From Anolis carolinensis (taxonomy: Eukaryota): a DNA stretch of 64,000 nucleotides. This document shows, one piece after another, positions 49,786 to 60,793 of this stretch. The notes under the pieces were generated by a model. The model made no database searches and was not told the DNA's origin. It saw only the letters and a program-made list of their open reading frames with translations. The stretch's first letter is position 1, and every line of letters begins with the position of its first letter. The stretch covers positions 172,159,574 through 172,223,573 of the forward strand of contig NC_085841.1 of NCBI RefSeq assembly GCF_035594765.1, read 5' to 3'. Both the position numbers and the translations under genes were made by a program.

Positions 49786-50545
49786 TGGATTATATGGCAG
49801 TGCCCTTCCACACAGCCATATAACCCAGAATATCAAGGCAGATAATCCACAATATTGGCTTTGAACGAGATTATCTGAGTCCACACTACCATATAATTCA
49901 GTTCAATGTGGATTTTATACAGCTGTGTGGAAGGAGGCTCAGATAATCCAGTTCAAAGCAGATATTGTGGATTATCTGCAGGACCCTAGGTCAAAAGTCA
50001 GAAAACTAGGGCTGGATCTACACTGCCTTATATCCCAGGATGCAATGCCAGATTATCTACTTATCTCAAATTATCAGGGACTGTAGACTCATATAATCCA
50101 GTTCAAACCAGATAAACTGAGATCAAATTCTGGGATATATTGACTGCCATGGCTCAGTGCTGTAGATTTCTGGCAGTTGCAGTTTGGCAGAGAGGTTAAA
50201 GACCTTGTAAAACTACAACTCCATAATTCCATAACATCAAGCCATGGCAGTTTAAGTGGTGTCAAACTGCATTCATTCTACAGCGTAGATGCACCCTTAA
50301 ATCAAATTGGGAGAAATTTGAACGTTTGTCATGATGATGGCTATATATTACGAACGCACATCATATCCAAAGAGTTCCATGACATAATACACAGGGCCCT
50401 TCCACACTGCCATATAATCCAGAATATCAAGGCAGATAATCCACATTATCTGCTTTGAACTGGATTATCTGAGTCGACACATAGCCATATAATCCACTTC
50501 AAAGCAGATAATCTGGACTTTACACAGCTGTGTAAAAGGAGCCTC
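49786..50545. mobile_element. Cluster of nested and adjacent Harbinger-like MITEs
   Basis: Repeated cccttccacac.gccatata, aatccagttcaaagcagat, ggctggatctacactg and gtagatgcaccc modules at ~49802, 50010, 50140-50297 and 50394-50543. Confidence 0.8.
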
Positions 50546-51419
50546 AGCTTAATAGGATCAGCATAACTACAACCTTATGCATACTCATACTCAGGAATAA
50601 CCTCCAATGAACTCAGTGACATTTATTTTGATTTCATGGCCTCAGCTTGTATGACACACATTGAACTTTAGCCAAAGAATTTTAAGCAGCTGAATGGATC
50701 AATTAGTTTTTAATTAGAAATGCAAATGATCTTGCAAAGTCACTAGACTATTTTAATCATGCACATATAGGAAGCAACCTAGAAAAGCAAAGCCTCTGCT
50801 TTCTTATTTTTCTCATTCTTCAATTCTCTTTGTGTTAGTATGTCACATGGAGCAGTAAAATATGAAAGCTTCTTTCTGGCCTCATTTGGTTGCCTGAGCA
50901 AGGAGGGCCTAGTGTAAATTGGTGATCCTGCAGATTACACGATACTGAACGATGCCAAGACAATGACCGGCCAAAAGCCTTGGAATTTAGGAGAAGCTGT
51001 TCCTATGCTTATCGGGGTTTATCTGTGTGTATTTTAATATCCACATGATGTATCTTATATACTCATGTTTAAGTCTACAAGTTTTACCACTTCATCACAT
51101 TTACTAAATTCCGCCGAGTCCTACACTTAAAATCTGGTATCCCACTATGTTCATCACATTAAGTTAGGTTCACGTGTTTAAGGATAGAAAATTCTTTCCG
51201 TATTTTAAGGGTGGAGGTCAACATTCTTTTCAAATGTTTCAGGGGTTGGAGGGGAAGTGGATTTTTTGGGGAATTATCGAGACGAATGGCCAATTCTGTA
51301 ATGTAATGTGGTGGCATTTGTTGCTCTCAGGATTAAAATGAGATGTTTCTCAATGTGTGGAAATTGTGGGATGAGCCAAGATACCCTTGTTAGGGAAAGT
51401 TCCAACCCACTTTAAATGC

Positions 51420-51456
<37 letters not shown>

Positions 51457-52143
51457 GACACGACGACGTTGTATGACACAGCAAACAAGATAGACATGCT
51501 GGATTTCGTTTCACAAAATCACAAGTCGAACACTTCCCAAGTGTCTAGGACTGTGTGATGTATTTTCGGATGATGCGTGCAGATCCCAGCAGGGTGGCCT
51601 TTTGCAGTTGGCAGATCGTAATTTTGTCAATGTCTATTGTTTCCAAATGCCGGCTGAGATCTTTTGGCATGGCACCCAGTGTGCCCATCACCACCGGGAC
51701 CACCTGCACTGGTTTCTGCCAGAGTCTTTGAAGTTCAATCTTGAGGTCCTGATAGCGGCTGAGTTTTTCCTGTTGTTTTTCGTCAATGCGACTGTCACCT
51801 GGGATGGCAACATCAATGATCCAAACCTTGTTCTTTTCCACAACTGTGATGTCTGGTGTGTTGTGTTCCAGAACTTTGTCAGTCTGGATTCGGAAGTCCC
51901 ACAGTATCTTTGCGTGTTCATTTTCCACGATCTTTGCTGGTTTGTGATCCCACCAGTTCTTTGCTGCTGGCAGGTGGTACTTGAGGCATAAGTTCCAATG
52001 GATCATTTGGGCCACACAGTTGTGCCTCTATTTGTAGTCTGTCTGTGCAATTTTCTTACAGCAGCTGAGGATATGATCAATAGTTTCGTCAGCTTCCTTG
52101 CACAGTCTGCATTTTGGGTCATCAGCTGATTTTTCGATCTTGG
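51420..52143 (-). mobile_element. R4/Dong-clade non-LTR element, 3' part (CCHC + restriction-like endonuclease), ending in (TAA)n
   Basis: CRLCKEADETIDHILSCC; ILWDFRIQTDK..PDITVV..IIDVAIPGD..EKLSRY (PD..D..K endonuclease); ORF 51545-52015. Confidence 0.9.
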
Positions 52144-52472
52144 TCAACTTTAGCTCTGCCTAGGGAAGGCTATCTACCAAATTCAGTGGAGCAGTAGACA
52201 AGGTAGGTGTCTGTAAGGCCCCTTCTACACTACCATATAATCCAGATTATCAAATCAGATAATCCACATTGTTTGCTTTAAACTGGATTATATGAATCTA
52301 CACTGCCATATGGGTAAAGGTAACGGTTTTCCCCTGACATTAAGTCCAGTCATGTCCGACTCTAGGGGTTGGTGCTCATCTCCATTTCTAAGACGAAGAG
52401 CCGGCGTTGTCCATAGACACCTTCAAGGTCATGTGGCCGTCATGACTGCCAGGAGCGCCATTATCTTCCCAC

Positions 52473-54501
52473 TGTTGTCGACCGCGTTTCTGGGGGATCG
52501 GGCCCCTTAAGGAGAGAGCCGATCCGGTCCTGAGGGAACGGACCTTGGCGAAGCCAAAAGGAGAATATAAGCCGCAATACAACCTGGAGCCTGAAATGAA
52601 GAAGGTCCGTCAAGTTGAAGGAAAATCCGCCAAGGAGTCTTTATTGAGCAATTCAGCTGAAAAGGACGCTAATAGCGATCATTCAATCTACTAGCGTAAC
52701 ATATGTTTCAAATAAAGCCATATTTATACAATGTTTTGGTCTGACAGCCCTTTGAATTTCCCGCCCCGCTCCCCCGCCCATCTGATCGCGGATAGGCTGA
52801 GAGGTTGAACGAGGCGGGCTTTCGTTTCCCGCCTTGCTCTGCTGGCCCAATGGGGAGCCGCTTTTTGTCCCCCCTCGGGCCAATCAGAGAGGAGGAGGCG
52901 GGAGCTATTGAAACAATGAAGTGACCGGATGGATTAATCCTGACCCGGCCGATTTCTAAAGGAATTAATGGCACCCATCAAGGGTGTCCGGGGTCCTGTC
53001 ACGTTCTCAGATTTTAGATATGCCTTGGGGTGTCAGACGGGAAGTGGTGATGGGTGGTGATGAGCCGTCATTGACGGCCCCACAGGGTGCCTTCCTGCGG
53101 CGTCCTGGCCTGGGATATGACAATGTTTGCCTTGGGGGTGAGTCACCTTTAGGAATTTGGGTGACTCGCCCTATATTGTCCATGCGATCGGAATGAGATT
53201 GGATTAAACTGTGGCAGATTATCCTTTTGTTTTTGGGAAGGGAGGTCTGGGTCATAGGGCTAGAGTTCATGTTGGGGTCATAATATTTCCCATTTGATTT
53301 CATGATTTGGCAATTATATGGGATAGAATGAAAATTAAAATAAAGTTGGAACATAAACCCTGCTGGGAAGAATACATATTTTCCGGGGATCCCAAAGAGT
53401 ACAAATACATATAGGCAGATAGATAGATTTCAAGGAAATAAAGGAGAATCCATAAAGGTGGGTGACATTGCATAAAGGAGAATCATGAATGATATAAGCA
53501 ATAGAAAACATTTGATAAGGACGAAGTCCACAACATCTGGGGAACCCGATATGGAAATTCATAAGAGTGGAGTTCTAGCAGCATAATTTCACAATCCATG
53601 AAGTTAGCCCAACGATTAGAAATTCATACAACAGTGAGTCATGAGAGTGTCCAAGTACATAGAATATGAAAATTCACAAATACATGAGGAAAAAGAGTTC
53701 ATCTGTGATGGGAGGAATTCGTAGAGGTGGCATGGGGAAGAGGCACATGTGGGTTGCAGTCTTTGGAAGTATAGGATTTCATAAGTCCAGGGGTAGGTCT
53801 GGGGAAGAGTGTTCTTCTCCTTCATAAAATCATGAAAAGTATGAAACGTGGAGGGCATCCGTCCGGGCACCCCCTGGCAGCTGCAGAGAGGGTAAGGGTA
53901 CTTGGAGAACTATGTTTCCCCAGCGAGAGAGAGCGATCCCCCATCCCTAGTTCACAGAAAGGGGCTAGGGATCTCTTAAACCCCTTCCGCGGGGAGAGGA
54001 AAGTCCGGGATAAGGCAGCAGTTTAGCTTGAAAGGAGCCGTCGGTCCCGTTTGACAGTCAGCTGTTGAGGTGCCGAAAACTGGACCGATTTCGGTTCTGC
54101 TGGTTGTCTTTGAGTCAGGAGCCTTAGAAAGGGTTAGGACTAAAAGAAGAGCGTTCTAGGGGTAATTTTGATAGAGATATGAGCCGATTTATATCGACCG
54201 CCATGTTAATCTATGGCGGAGAAATCTCAGCCGGAGTTAAAGGGACGAGAGAGAGAGAGATTTCATGCGAAGGAAGGAGTCAGGGAAAGATACAAAATAA
54301 CCAGATAGAGAGTGTTATTGTTAAAATAAATGCTACTTTTATTGGGGGATTTTGTTACATAGTTCAGGGAAGGGGAAAGTGAAATAAAAAGATCTCCTAA
54401 TAATAGTCTGCTGCGGTCCCGTTCCGTTCCTTTGGTGAGCAATCTACGGAACTCTCCGCTGCGTTTTCAAATCAATTTGAAAGCCGGGGTGACGGTTATC
54501 A
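52473..54501 (-). mobile_element. 2029-bp TG...CA element, probably a long solo LTR (retroviral or Gypsy)
   Basis: 4-bp TSD ccac (52469-52472 and 54502-54505); on the minus strand CCAAT-like and GC boxes, TATAAATA (52728-52721) and AATAAA (52645-52640) follow U3-R-U5 order; CpG-rich; no gag/pol. Confidence 0.8.
52640..52890 (-). promoter_or_regulatory. LTR core promoter and poly(A) signal
   Basis: ATTGG at ~52880-52884 and 52847-52851, gggcggggagcggggcggg at ~52760-52778, TATA box at 52721-52728, AATAAA at 52640-52645. Confidence 0.7.
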
Positions 54502-55511
54502 CCACCGGAATGGTACCTATTGATCTACTCACATTTGCGTGTTTTTGAACTGCTAGGTTGGCAGAAGCTGGGGCTAACAGTGGGCGCTCACTCCGCTCCT
54601 CAGATTCGAACCTGTGACCTTTCAGTCCGCAAGTCAGCAGCTCAATGCTTTAACACACTGCGCTGCCAGGGGCTCCATATAATCCAGTTCTAAACAGATA
54701 ATCTGGATTTTATAAGGCAATGTAGAAGAGGCCTAAGATAAGTAACCCTGAATACAATAGTAACCCTGAGGCACCTGGATGGAGCTACAGCTGAGATGAG
54801 TGAAACAATCCATGGGATCAAAAACACATAACAAAAACCTATTTGGGGTTAGCAAAAAGATATATGGAAGACACAGCAAACATCTGGGAACTAATAGCCC
54901 CAAGAATGAATGTTTTGAACTTGCCACAAAAATACTATCCATGGAACAAAGTAGCTTCAGGGAATGTCACTGCTATCTTATGAGCTTTGCCAACCAAGGT
55001 ATAATAGTCTTGAGTCTTGAGTTGAGAAAGGTATTTCCTTCTCAGATGGACTCACAGACTCCATCCAGTTCAATGCAATTCAGTCTGCAATATATGGCAG
55101 TGTACATGGGGTCTCAGACTGATGCAGCACAATTATAGTCATTTCTATAAAACACCATCCCTCCCTTGCCTCCTGAAGTTTCTTTTCTCAGCAATACCCA
55201 AATTGCTGAAGGCCTGCTGATCTCACAGATATTGACTAGAAAGTGTGTTTATTTATTTTCTGGATTTGTATATCTCACCCTCCAATAGAAATATATTTAG
55301 TATCAAAATGATAAACAACACTATCTAATGAAACACAGGGGGAAAACAAAACAGAAGTTTAGCATCATGAACACATGGGAGGTTAAGAGGGCTAAGTTTT
55401 GTTATTGTTTTTCTTGAAGTCTTTGCCTGCTCCTTTTAAAAGAGAGCAGTATGTGCCTTATTATGAGACTTTTAAAAGTCTGGCTAGAGTCAATGAAGGA
55501 TAAGGAAGACC

Positions 55512-55657
55512 GGCCCCTTCTGCACTGCCATATAATTCAGATTATCAAAGCAGATAATCCACATTATCTGCTTTGAACTGGGTTATATGAATCTGCACTC
55601 ATATAATCCAGTTCTAAATAGATAATCTGGATTTTATACGGCAGTGTAGAAGGGGCC
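55512..55657. mobile_element. Harbinger-like MITE
   Basis: TIRs ggccccttctgcactgcc / ggcagtgtagaaggggcc. Confidence 0.85.
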
Positions 55658-55994
55658 AACAATAAGAAAACACACCTTTGAACTGCAATCACAGGTTCAA
55701 TTAACTTAATTTTTTCATTTTCTGTATTTTATCAAATATACTAAAAGGAGGGGAGGGGAGGATTCTGAAAGAAGAGAAAGGGGAATATTAAAAATATTTT
55801 AATAACTGGGATTCTATTGTTACTTTCAATCAGAGTAGGTCAATTGAATCACTTGTTGAATGGTAACTGCGTTTGCTGTAATTAGGTTTCCATATCTAAG
55901 GGCTTGTTTTATTTGACTATGGATTCGATTCACATACTTGGCTAACCACCTTTCCAACATTGTATTAAAACATGAGAATAATGGGATAAAGCAA

Positions 55995-56026
55995 AATACT
56001 GGGGACCCACAGGTTGAGAACCACTG
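55995..56026. mobile_element. hAT MITE terminal fragment
   Basis: ggggacccacaggttgagaaccactg. Confidence 0.6.
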
Positions 56027-56647
56027 ATTTAAAACAACCTTCTTATCCAGTCTTGCCTACTCCCATAATGATAATTTCACTGCAGTTTTGAAAAACAGCT
56101 AGTTATGTTACTTTATTTCCACATAAAAAAGGAAAGGGGATTGAAACCCACCAAAGCTCATGCTAAAATAAATCAGTCTCAAAGATGCTGGCAGATTCCT
56201 CTCTCTGTGTTTTCTTTTTCATCCTTCTACAGTGTTTACCACAAATCCAGATGGGAAACCACAGGGCAGTTCATCATTAATCACCCATGTGGGTTGAACA
56301 GGTAGTATTACGAAGAGTGAAAGCTCTCACACAGTGAGTTCCAATGAATAATTGAAGCTGATGCGGCACATGCCAGACATTATTCTTTTATGCTGGGCTG
56401 GCCCAAATTGTGTATAACATTATCAATAACCGCTATGCATTATGACTATGCATAACCTCCCGGTTCAGATGCAGTGTGCCTCCCAATATCAGCTGGTGGA
56501 GAATATAAGTAGAAGAGTACTACTTTGCACACACTCTGCCTTGCTGCATCTGGTTGGCCACTGGATGGGCTAAACTAGACTGGGGTTTCTTCTGATCCAG
56601 CATGGTTCTGCTCATGCCTTTTAAAGATTTAATTTGGGGCATGTAGT

Positions 56648-57676
56648 ATAGTATGCTGATGATAATGTAGTCTGTGTGCATTCAGAAGAAGATCTACAAG
56701 CCACTCTAAACACCTTTGCAGAAGCATACGAGAAGCTCAGCCTCTCACTGAACATCGAGGAAACCATGAACATCGAGGAAACCAAAGTGCTCTTCCAGCA
56801 GTCACCAGCCAACCCTCTGCAATGCCAGAAATACAGCTTAATGGTGTAACATTAGAAAACGTTGACCATTTCTGCTACCTTGGCAGCCACCTCTCCACAA
56901 AAGTCAACATTGATGCTTAAATACAACACCGCCTGAATTCTGCAAGTGCAGCATTTCTCCAAATGAAGCAGAGAGTGTTTGTAGATCAGGACATCCATAG
57001 GGATACCAAAGTGCTTGTTTATAAAGCTATTGTCCTCCCAGCCCTGCTATACACCTGCAAAACATGGACTGTGTACAGACATCACAATCAACTCCTGGAA
57101 AGATTCCATCAGCGTTGCCTCCAAAAAAATCCTGCAAATCTCTTGGGACGACAGGCAGACCAATGTCAGCGTGCTGGAAGAAGCAAAGACCACCAGCATT
57201 GAAGTGATGCTCCTGCGCCATCCACTCTGCTGGACTGACCACATTGTCCGAATGCCTGATCACCGTCTCCCAAAGCAGTTACTATACTCTCAACTCAAAA
57301 ATGGGAAATGTTGGTGGACAGGAAAAGAGATTTAAAGATGGGCTCAAAGCCAACCTTAAAAACGGTGGCATAGACACCGAGAACTGGGAAGTCCTGGCCC
57401 TTGAGCGTTCTAACTGGAGGTCAGCTGTGACCAGCAGTGCTGCGGAGTTCAAAGAGGAACGAATGGAGGGCTTAAGGGAGAAATGTGCCAAGAGGAAGGC
57501 ACATCAAGCCAATCCTGACCCGAACCGCCTTCCATCTCAAAACCGATGTCCTCACTGCGGAAGAATATATGGGTCAAGAATAGGTCTCCACAGCCAACTA
57601 CGCATCCACTGCCAAGACACTACACCTGGAGGACCATCATCCTCAAGTTACGACAGATTGCCTAAGTAAGTAAGTA
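56648..57676 (+). mobile_element. 5'-truncated RTE-clade LINE with (TAAG)n tail
   Basis: YADDNVV...EDLQATLNTFAEAY; KVLVYKAIVLPALLY; RMPDHRLPKQLLY; CPHCGR..GSRIGLHSQ; tail cctaagtaagtaagta; several frameshifts. Confidence 0.92.
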
Positions 57677-58690
57677 TCTAGATAATGTTGTTATTGTGGA
57701 CACAACCACTTTTGGAATTTCACACAGATCTCAGCATCATATTGGGGGAGATCCTTTTTTTTTTTTTTACAATTGCCATTTGATTCCCTAATTAGTTCCA
57801 TGAAGCAGTGTATCATCTTTGAGTTTTCCTTTATGTACTGTCACAGGAATTCAACATCTCTGTTGCAGAGACATTGTACAACACACCATGCAGAGAGGGA
57901 TAAATGCAAAGCTGTCTCTTTGCTCTTCTTTGAAGATTATTTTCTAGAAGCACATCATAGCTAGAGAGCAGACAGAATCAGTCCAATATGGCTTTGATTC
58001 GGGATGCAGTCTGCTGTGGTAAAGCTTCACTGTACTGCCTCCCAACAAAAGTGTCTGCTTCTTACAAGCAACTTTGGAAGTTTCCCACCAGCCTCCCATG
58101 TGTCAGCCATGTGCTGGGGTGTTCAGATAGCTTCCTTCATTGCTTCACCAAGTTAGCAACAACCTAGACCAATCAGCTGCCGAATCTGGTGAGAACACCC
58201 ACCCTGACTATTAAGTCTCTTCAGGAAAAGGTAAGAGTAACCATATGAGCTTAGCAAGAACTGTTTGCCAGCCTACATACTGGAGGAGGAAGGGAGGAAG
58301 CGGGAGGGGGAGAAAGCGACAGAGAAAGAACGTAACACACATACGCGCAGCTCTAAAGTCTCCTGTTTGTTTTGCAGAGAGTTACATGAGGCCCTCTTCA
58401 GCCCAGTTTCTCTAGTAAATCCTCCTTATCACTGATCATCCCGGCTGGGGCATCTGGGACATGATAACTCAAACAACTGAAGAATCAAGGTGTCATCATT
58501 CCTTTTCTTCCTACTACATCTGAAATAAGTCACTTCTGGTGTGAGAGAATTGGCCATCTGCATGGACGTTAGCACGAGAAAAGAAATCTTAACTAAGAAT
58601 GTAGTGTACCCTCCTTGGCATTCTTAAGTTGCCTTTTTTGGTCTTCTGACTTCACATCTTGCAGAGTTTGGATCTGATTCCTGTTAAGTA

Positions 58691-58829
58691 GGCTCCTTCC
58701 ACACAGTTGTATAAAATCCACATTGAACTGGATTATATGGCAGTGTAAACTCAGATAATCCAGTTTAAAGCAGATATTGTGGATTAACTGCCTTGATATT
58801 CTGGGTTATATGGCTGTGTGGAAAGGTCC
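58691..58829. mobile_element. Harbinger-like MITE
   Basis: TIRs ggctccttccacacag / ctgtgtggaaaggtcc. Confidence 0.8.
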
Positions 58830-58865
58830 ATAGTCAATCCCCTACTACTTCAGTTATTTTCCGGA

Positions 58866-58972
58866 CTTTTTTTTCCATGTCAGAATCAACTTGAGAAACT
58901 GCAAGTCACTTCTGGTGTGAGAGAACTGGCCGTCTGCAAGGACATTGCCCAGGGGACACCCTGATGTTTTGA
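58866..58972 (-). mobile_element. SINE2-like 3' fragment (a smaller piece lies at 58528-58570)
   Basis: ttttccatgtcaga...acttgagaaactgcaagtcacttctggtgtgagag. Confidence 0.8.
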
Positions 58973-59202
58973 CACCTGGAGGCACTATTTTTCAGGTAGA
59001 GGCTGAACATTGAGAAAGCAAGAAATGGCCACCTGATTTCTCCCTAAAACTATGTGTACAAGAATAGCCAGTGTACAATCATGACGTCACAGATGAACAT
59101 TCAGATTATCTAATAATACTTCAAATGACAAGGTAGCTTTACTTCCCCGGTTCTGTATCCTCCTCATTCATTTTCCTCCCACACTTTCAGTGCAGTATAC
59201 TT

Positions 59203-59340
59203 GGGCCCTTCCACATAGGCATATGACCCAGAATATCAAGGCAGAAAATCCCACAATATCTGCTTTGAACTGGGTTATCTGAGTCCAAACTGCCATATAT
59301 TCTAGTTCAAAGTAGAAAATGAGGGACTTTATTCAGTTGG
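59203..59340. mobile_element. Harbinger-like MITE, right end lost
   Basis: gggcccttccacataggcatatgacccagaatatcaaggcag... Confidence 0.75.
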
Positions 59341-59911
59341 TTGAATATCCACCTATAACAAGTCATAATCATGTAAGTCCAGAAGAGGTTGGATGCTCCA
59401 AACACAGTAACAAATCCTTATTATATAGGCAATTAATGAAATCTCCTTATGGGTTCTCTGCCTTTTATTTACAATGCTAGACCCACAACCAAGGCCTCAC
59501 GTGTTTTCATCTGCCTACATATGTGTTCCCTCTTTCTGTTTATTCTCCTCTCACAGTTTACTCATCATGCAACATCTGATTTCTATCTGGTGTGATGGCA
59601 GGCTGACACTCTTCTCACGGTCTCAGTGACCTTCTCTTTGGTTCTCTGCCAATCCTTAGCATTTATTTTTGCTCAAATCCTACTAAAACATTATCATACA
59701 GTAAGGCACTGTCTCTTAAAGCAACCAAAACACATCCACAAATCTCTGATCAGAAATTAAAAATCCCTAGACTGGTATGTTCTTACCTGATCATGTCACT
59801 TTTGAAGGCACACAAGATAAATGGTAATTGAGATTATTATTGCATGGCTATCAGTAGGGAAAATTACATTAGTTAGCAAATGAAATCTTTAAAAAGGTTT
59901 GTTCAGTTTGA

Positions 59912-60136
59912 GGTGTTGTGTAGTTTCCATGCTATATGGCTGTGTTCTAGGAGCATTTTCTTCTAACACTTCACTTGCATCTTTGACTGGCATCTTCAGA
60001 GGGAAGGATCCTCAGAAGATGCCAGCCACAGATGCGGGCGAAACATCAGGAAAAAGTGCTACCAGAACATGGCCATACAGCCCGGAAACAACACAATGTC
60101 CCAGCGATTCTGTCTGTGAAAGCTTTCAACAATACT
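59912..60136. mobile_element. Penelope pseudo-LTR fold-back carrying two opposed, decayed hammerhead motifs
   Basis: Arm 59917-60000 is the inverse of 60011-60096; right arm reads cct-CAGAAGA-t-gccagc-cacagat-gcgggc-GAAAC-atc-agg. Confidence 0.85.
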
Positions 60137-60144
60137 TTGCTCAG

Positions 60145-60350
60145 TTTGTTGTTGCCTGCGCCATAAGTTAACCCCAACATATATTGACCATATCATAGAG
60201 TTTTCTTGACAAAATTTATTCAGAGAGGGTTTGCAATTATCATCCTCTCAAGCTAAAGAGACTAACTTTTCTAAGGGCACCTGGTGGGTTTCCACGACTG
60301 AATAGGTGTTCAAACTCTGGTCTGGAATCTTGTCCAACACTCAAAGTACA
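60145..60350 (-). mobile_element. Old SINE-like repeat with (CAA)n tail
   Basis: gttgttgcctgcgcc...gttttcttgacaaaatttattcagagagggtttgc..., with a degenerate B-box-like gtgttcaaactc. Confidence 0.45.
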
Positions 60351-60547
60351 AGCTCTGATTTGGACAACATTGAGACCCATGTTGTTCAATAGGACTTACT
60401 TGTTGATATTTTAGGATTCTAGCTTTTCAAATAGCAAATTCAACATAAGTAATTGATTACATGAAATTGTTCATTTCAGTCCCTGTTTTAAACAAGATAA
60501 AGCCCTTCATTTTCCTAGCAGTGTAATAATAAAAATAATAATAATAA

Positions 60548-60755
60548 ATCTCAGCCGGCATTTGGAAACAATAGACATTGACAAAATTACGATCTGCCAA
60601 CTGCAAAAGGTCACTCTGCTGGGATCTGCGCGCATCATCCGAAAATACATCACACAGTCCTAGACACTTGGGAAGTGTTCGACTTGTGATTTTGTGATAT
60701 GAAATCCAGCATATCTATTTTGTTTGCTGTGTCATAATAAAATAATAAAAATAAA
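60548..60755 (+). mobile_element. Short R4/Dong-clade 3' end inserted in a TAA run
   Basis: Nearly identical to 61398-61590; flanked by taataa repeats. Confidence 0.9.
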
Positions 60756-60793
60756 ACTTTATATTATGTTATATATTTATATTATAATAATAA

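Larger units (their letters stand above)
52313..54676 (-). mobile_element. Full-length Sauria-type SINE split by an LTR insertion
   Basis: Tail ggtaaaggtaac at 52313; body continuous across the insert (ttcccac|...|ccac-cggaatggtacctattgatc); head ggagcccctggcagcgcag at 54676. Confidence 0.9.
52217..54733. mobile_element. Harbinger-like MITE split by a SINE and an LTR
   Basis: TIRs ggccccttctacact / aatgtagaagaggcc; TAA TSD at 52214-52216 and 54734-54736. Confidence 0.85.

Noticed and set aside
52995-53020. (c)GTGACAGG as the start of a conventional 530-bp LTR
   Set aside because: It starts with CG rather than TG, has no polypurine tract before it, and there is no matching second LTR.
53540-53830. 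Regularly spaced short motifs as a CRISPR-like array
   Set aside because: The motifs are about 10 nt, degenerate and irregularly spaced, in vertebrate DNA with no cas genes.
53007-53870. Three minus-strand ORFs as a viral accessory gene
   Set aside because: Short, discontinuous and without recognisable motifs; kept only as a hypothesis in the LTR finding.
54190-54210. aaca-TGGCGGTCG on the minus strand as a tRNA primer-binding site
   Set aside because: After TGGCG it matches no tRNA 3' end I recognise, and it is part of a local hairpin.
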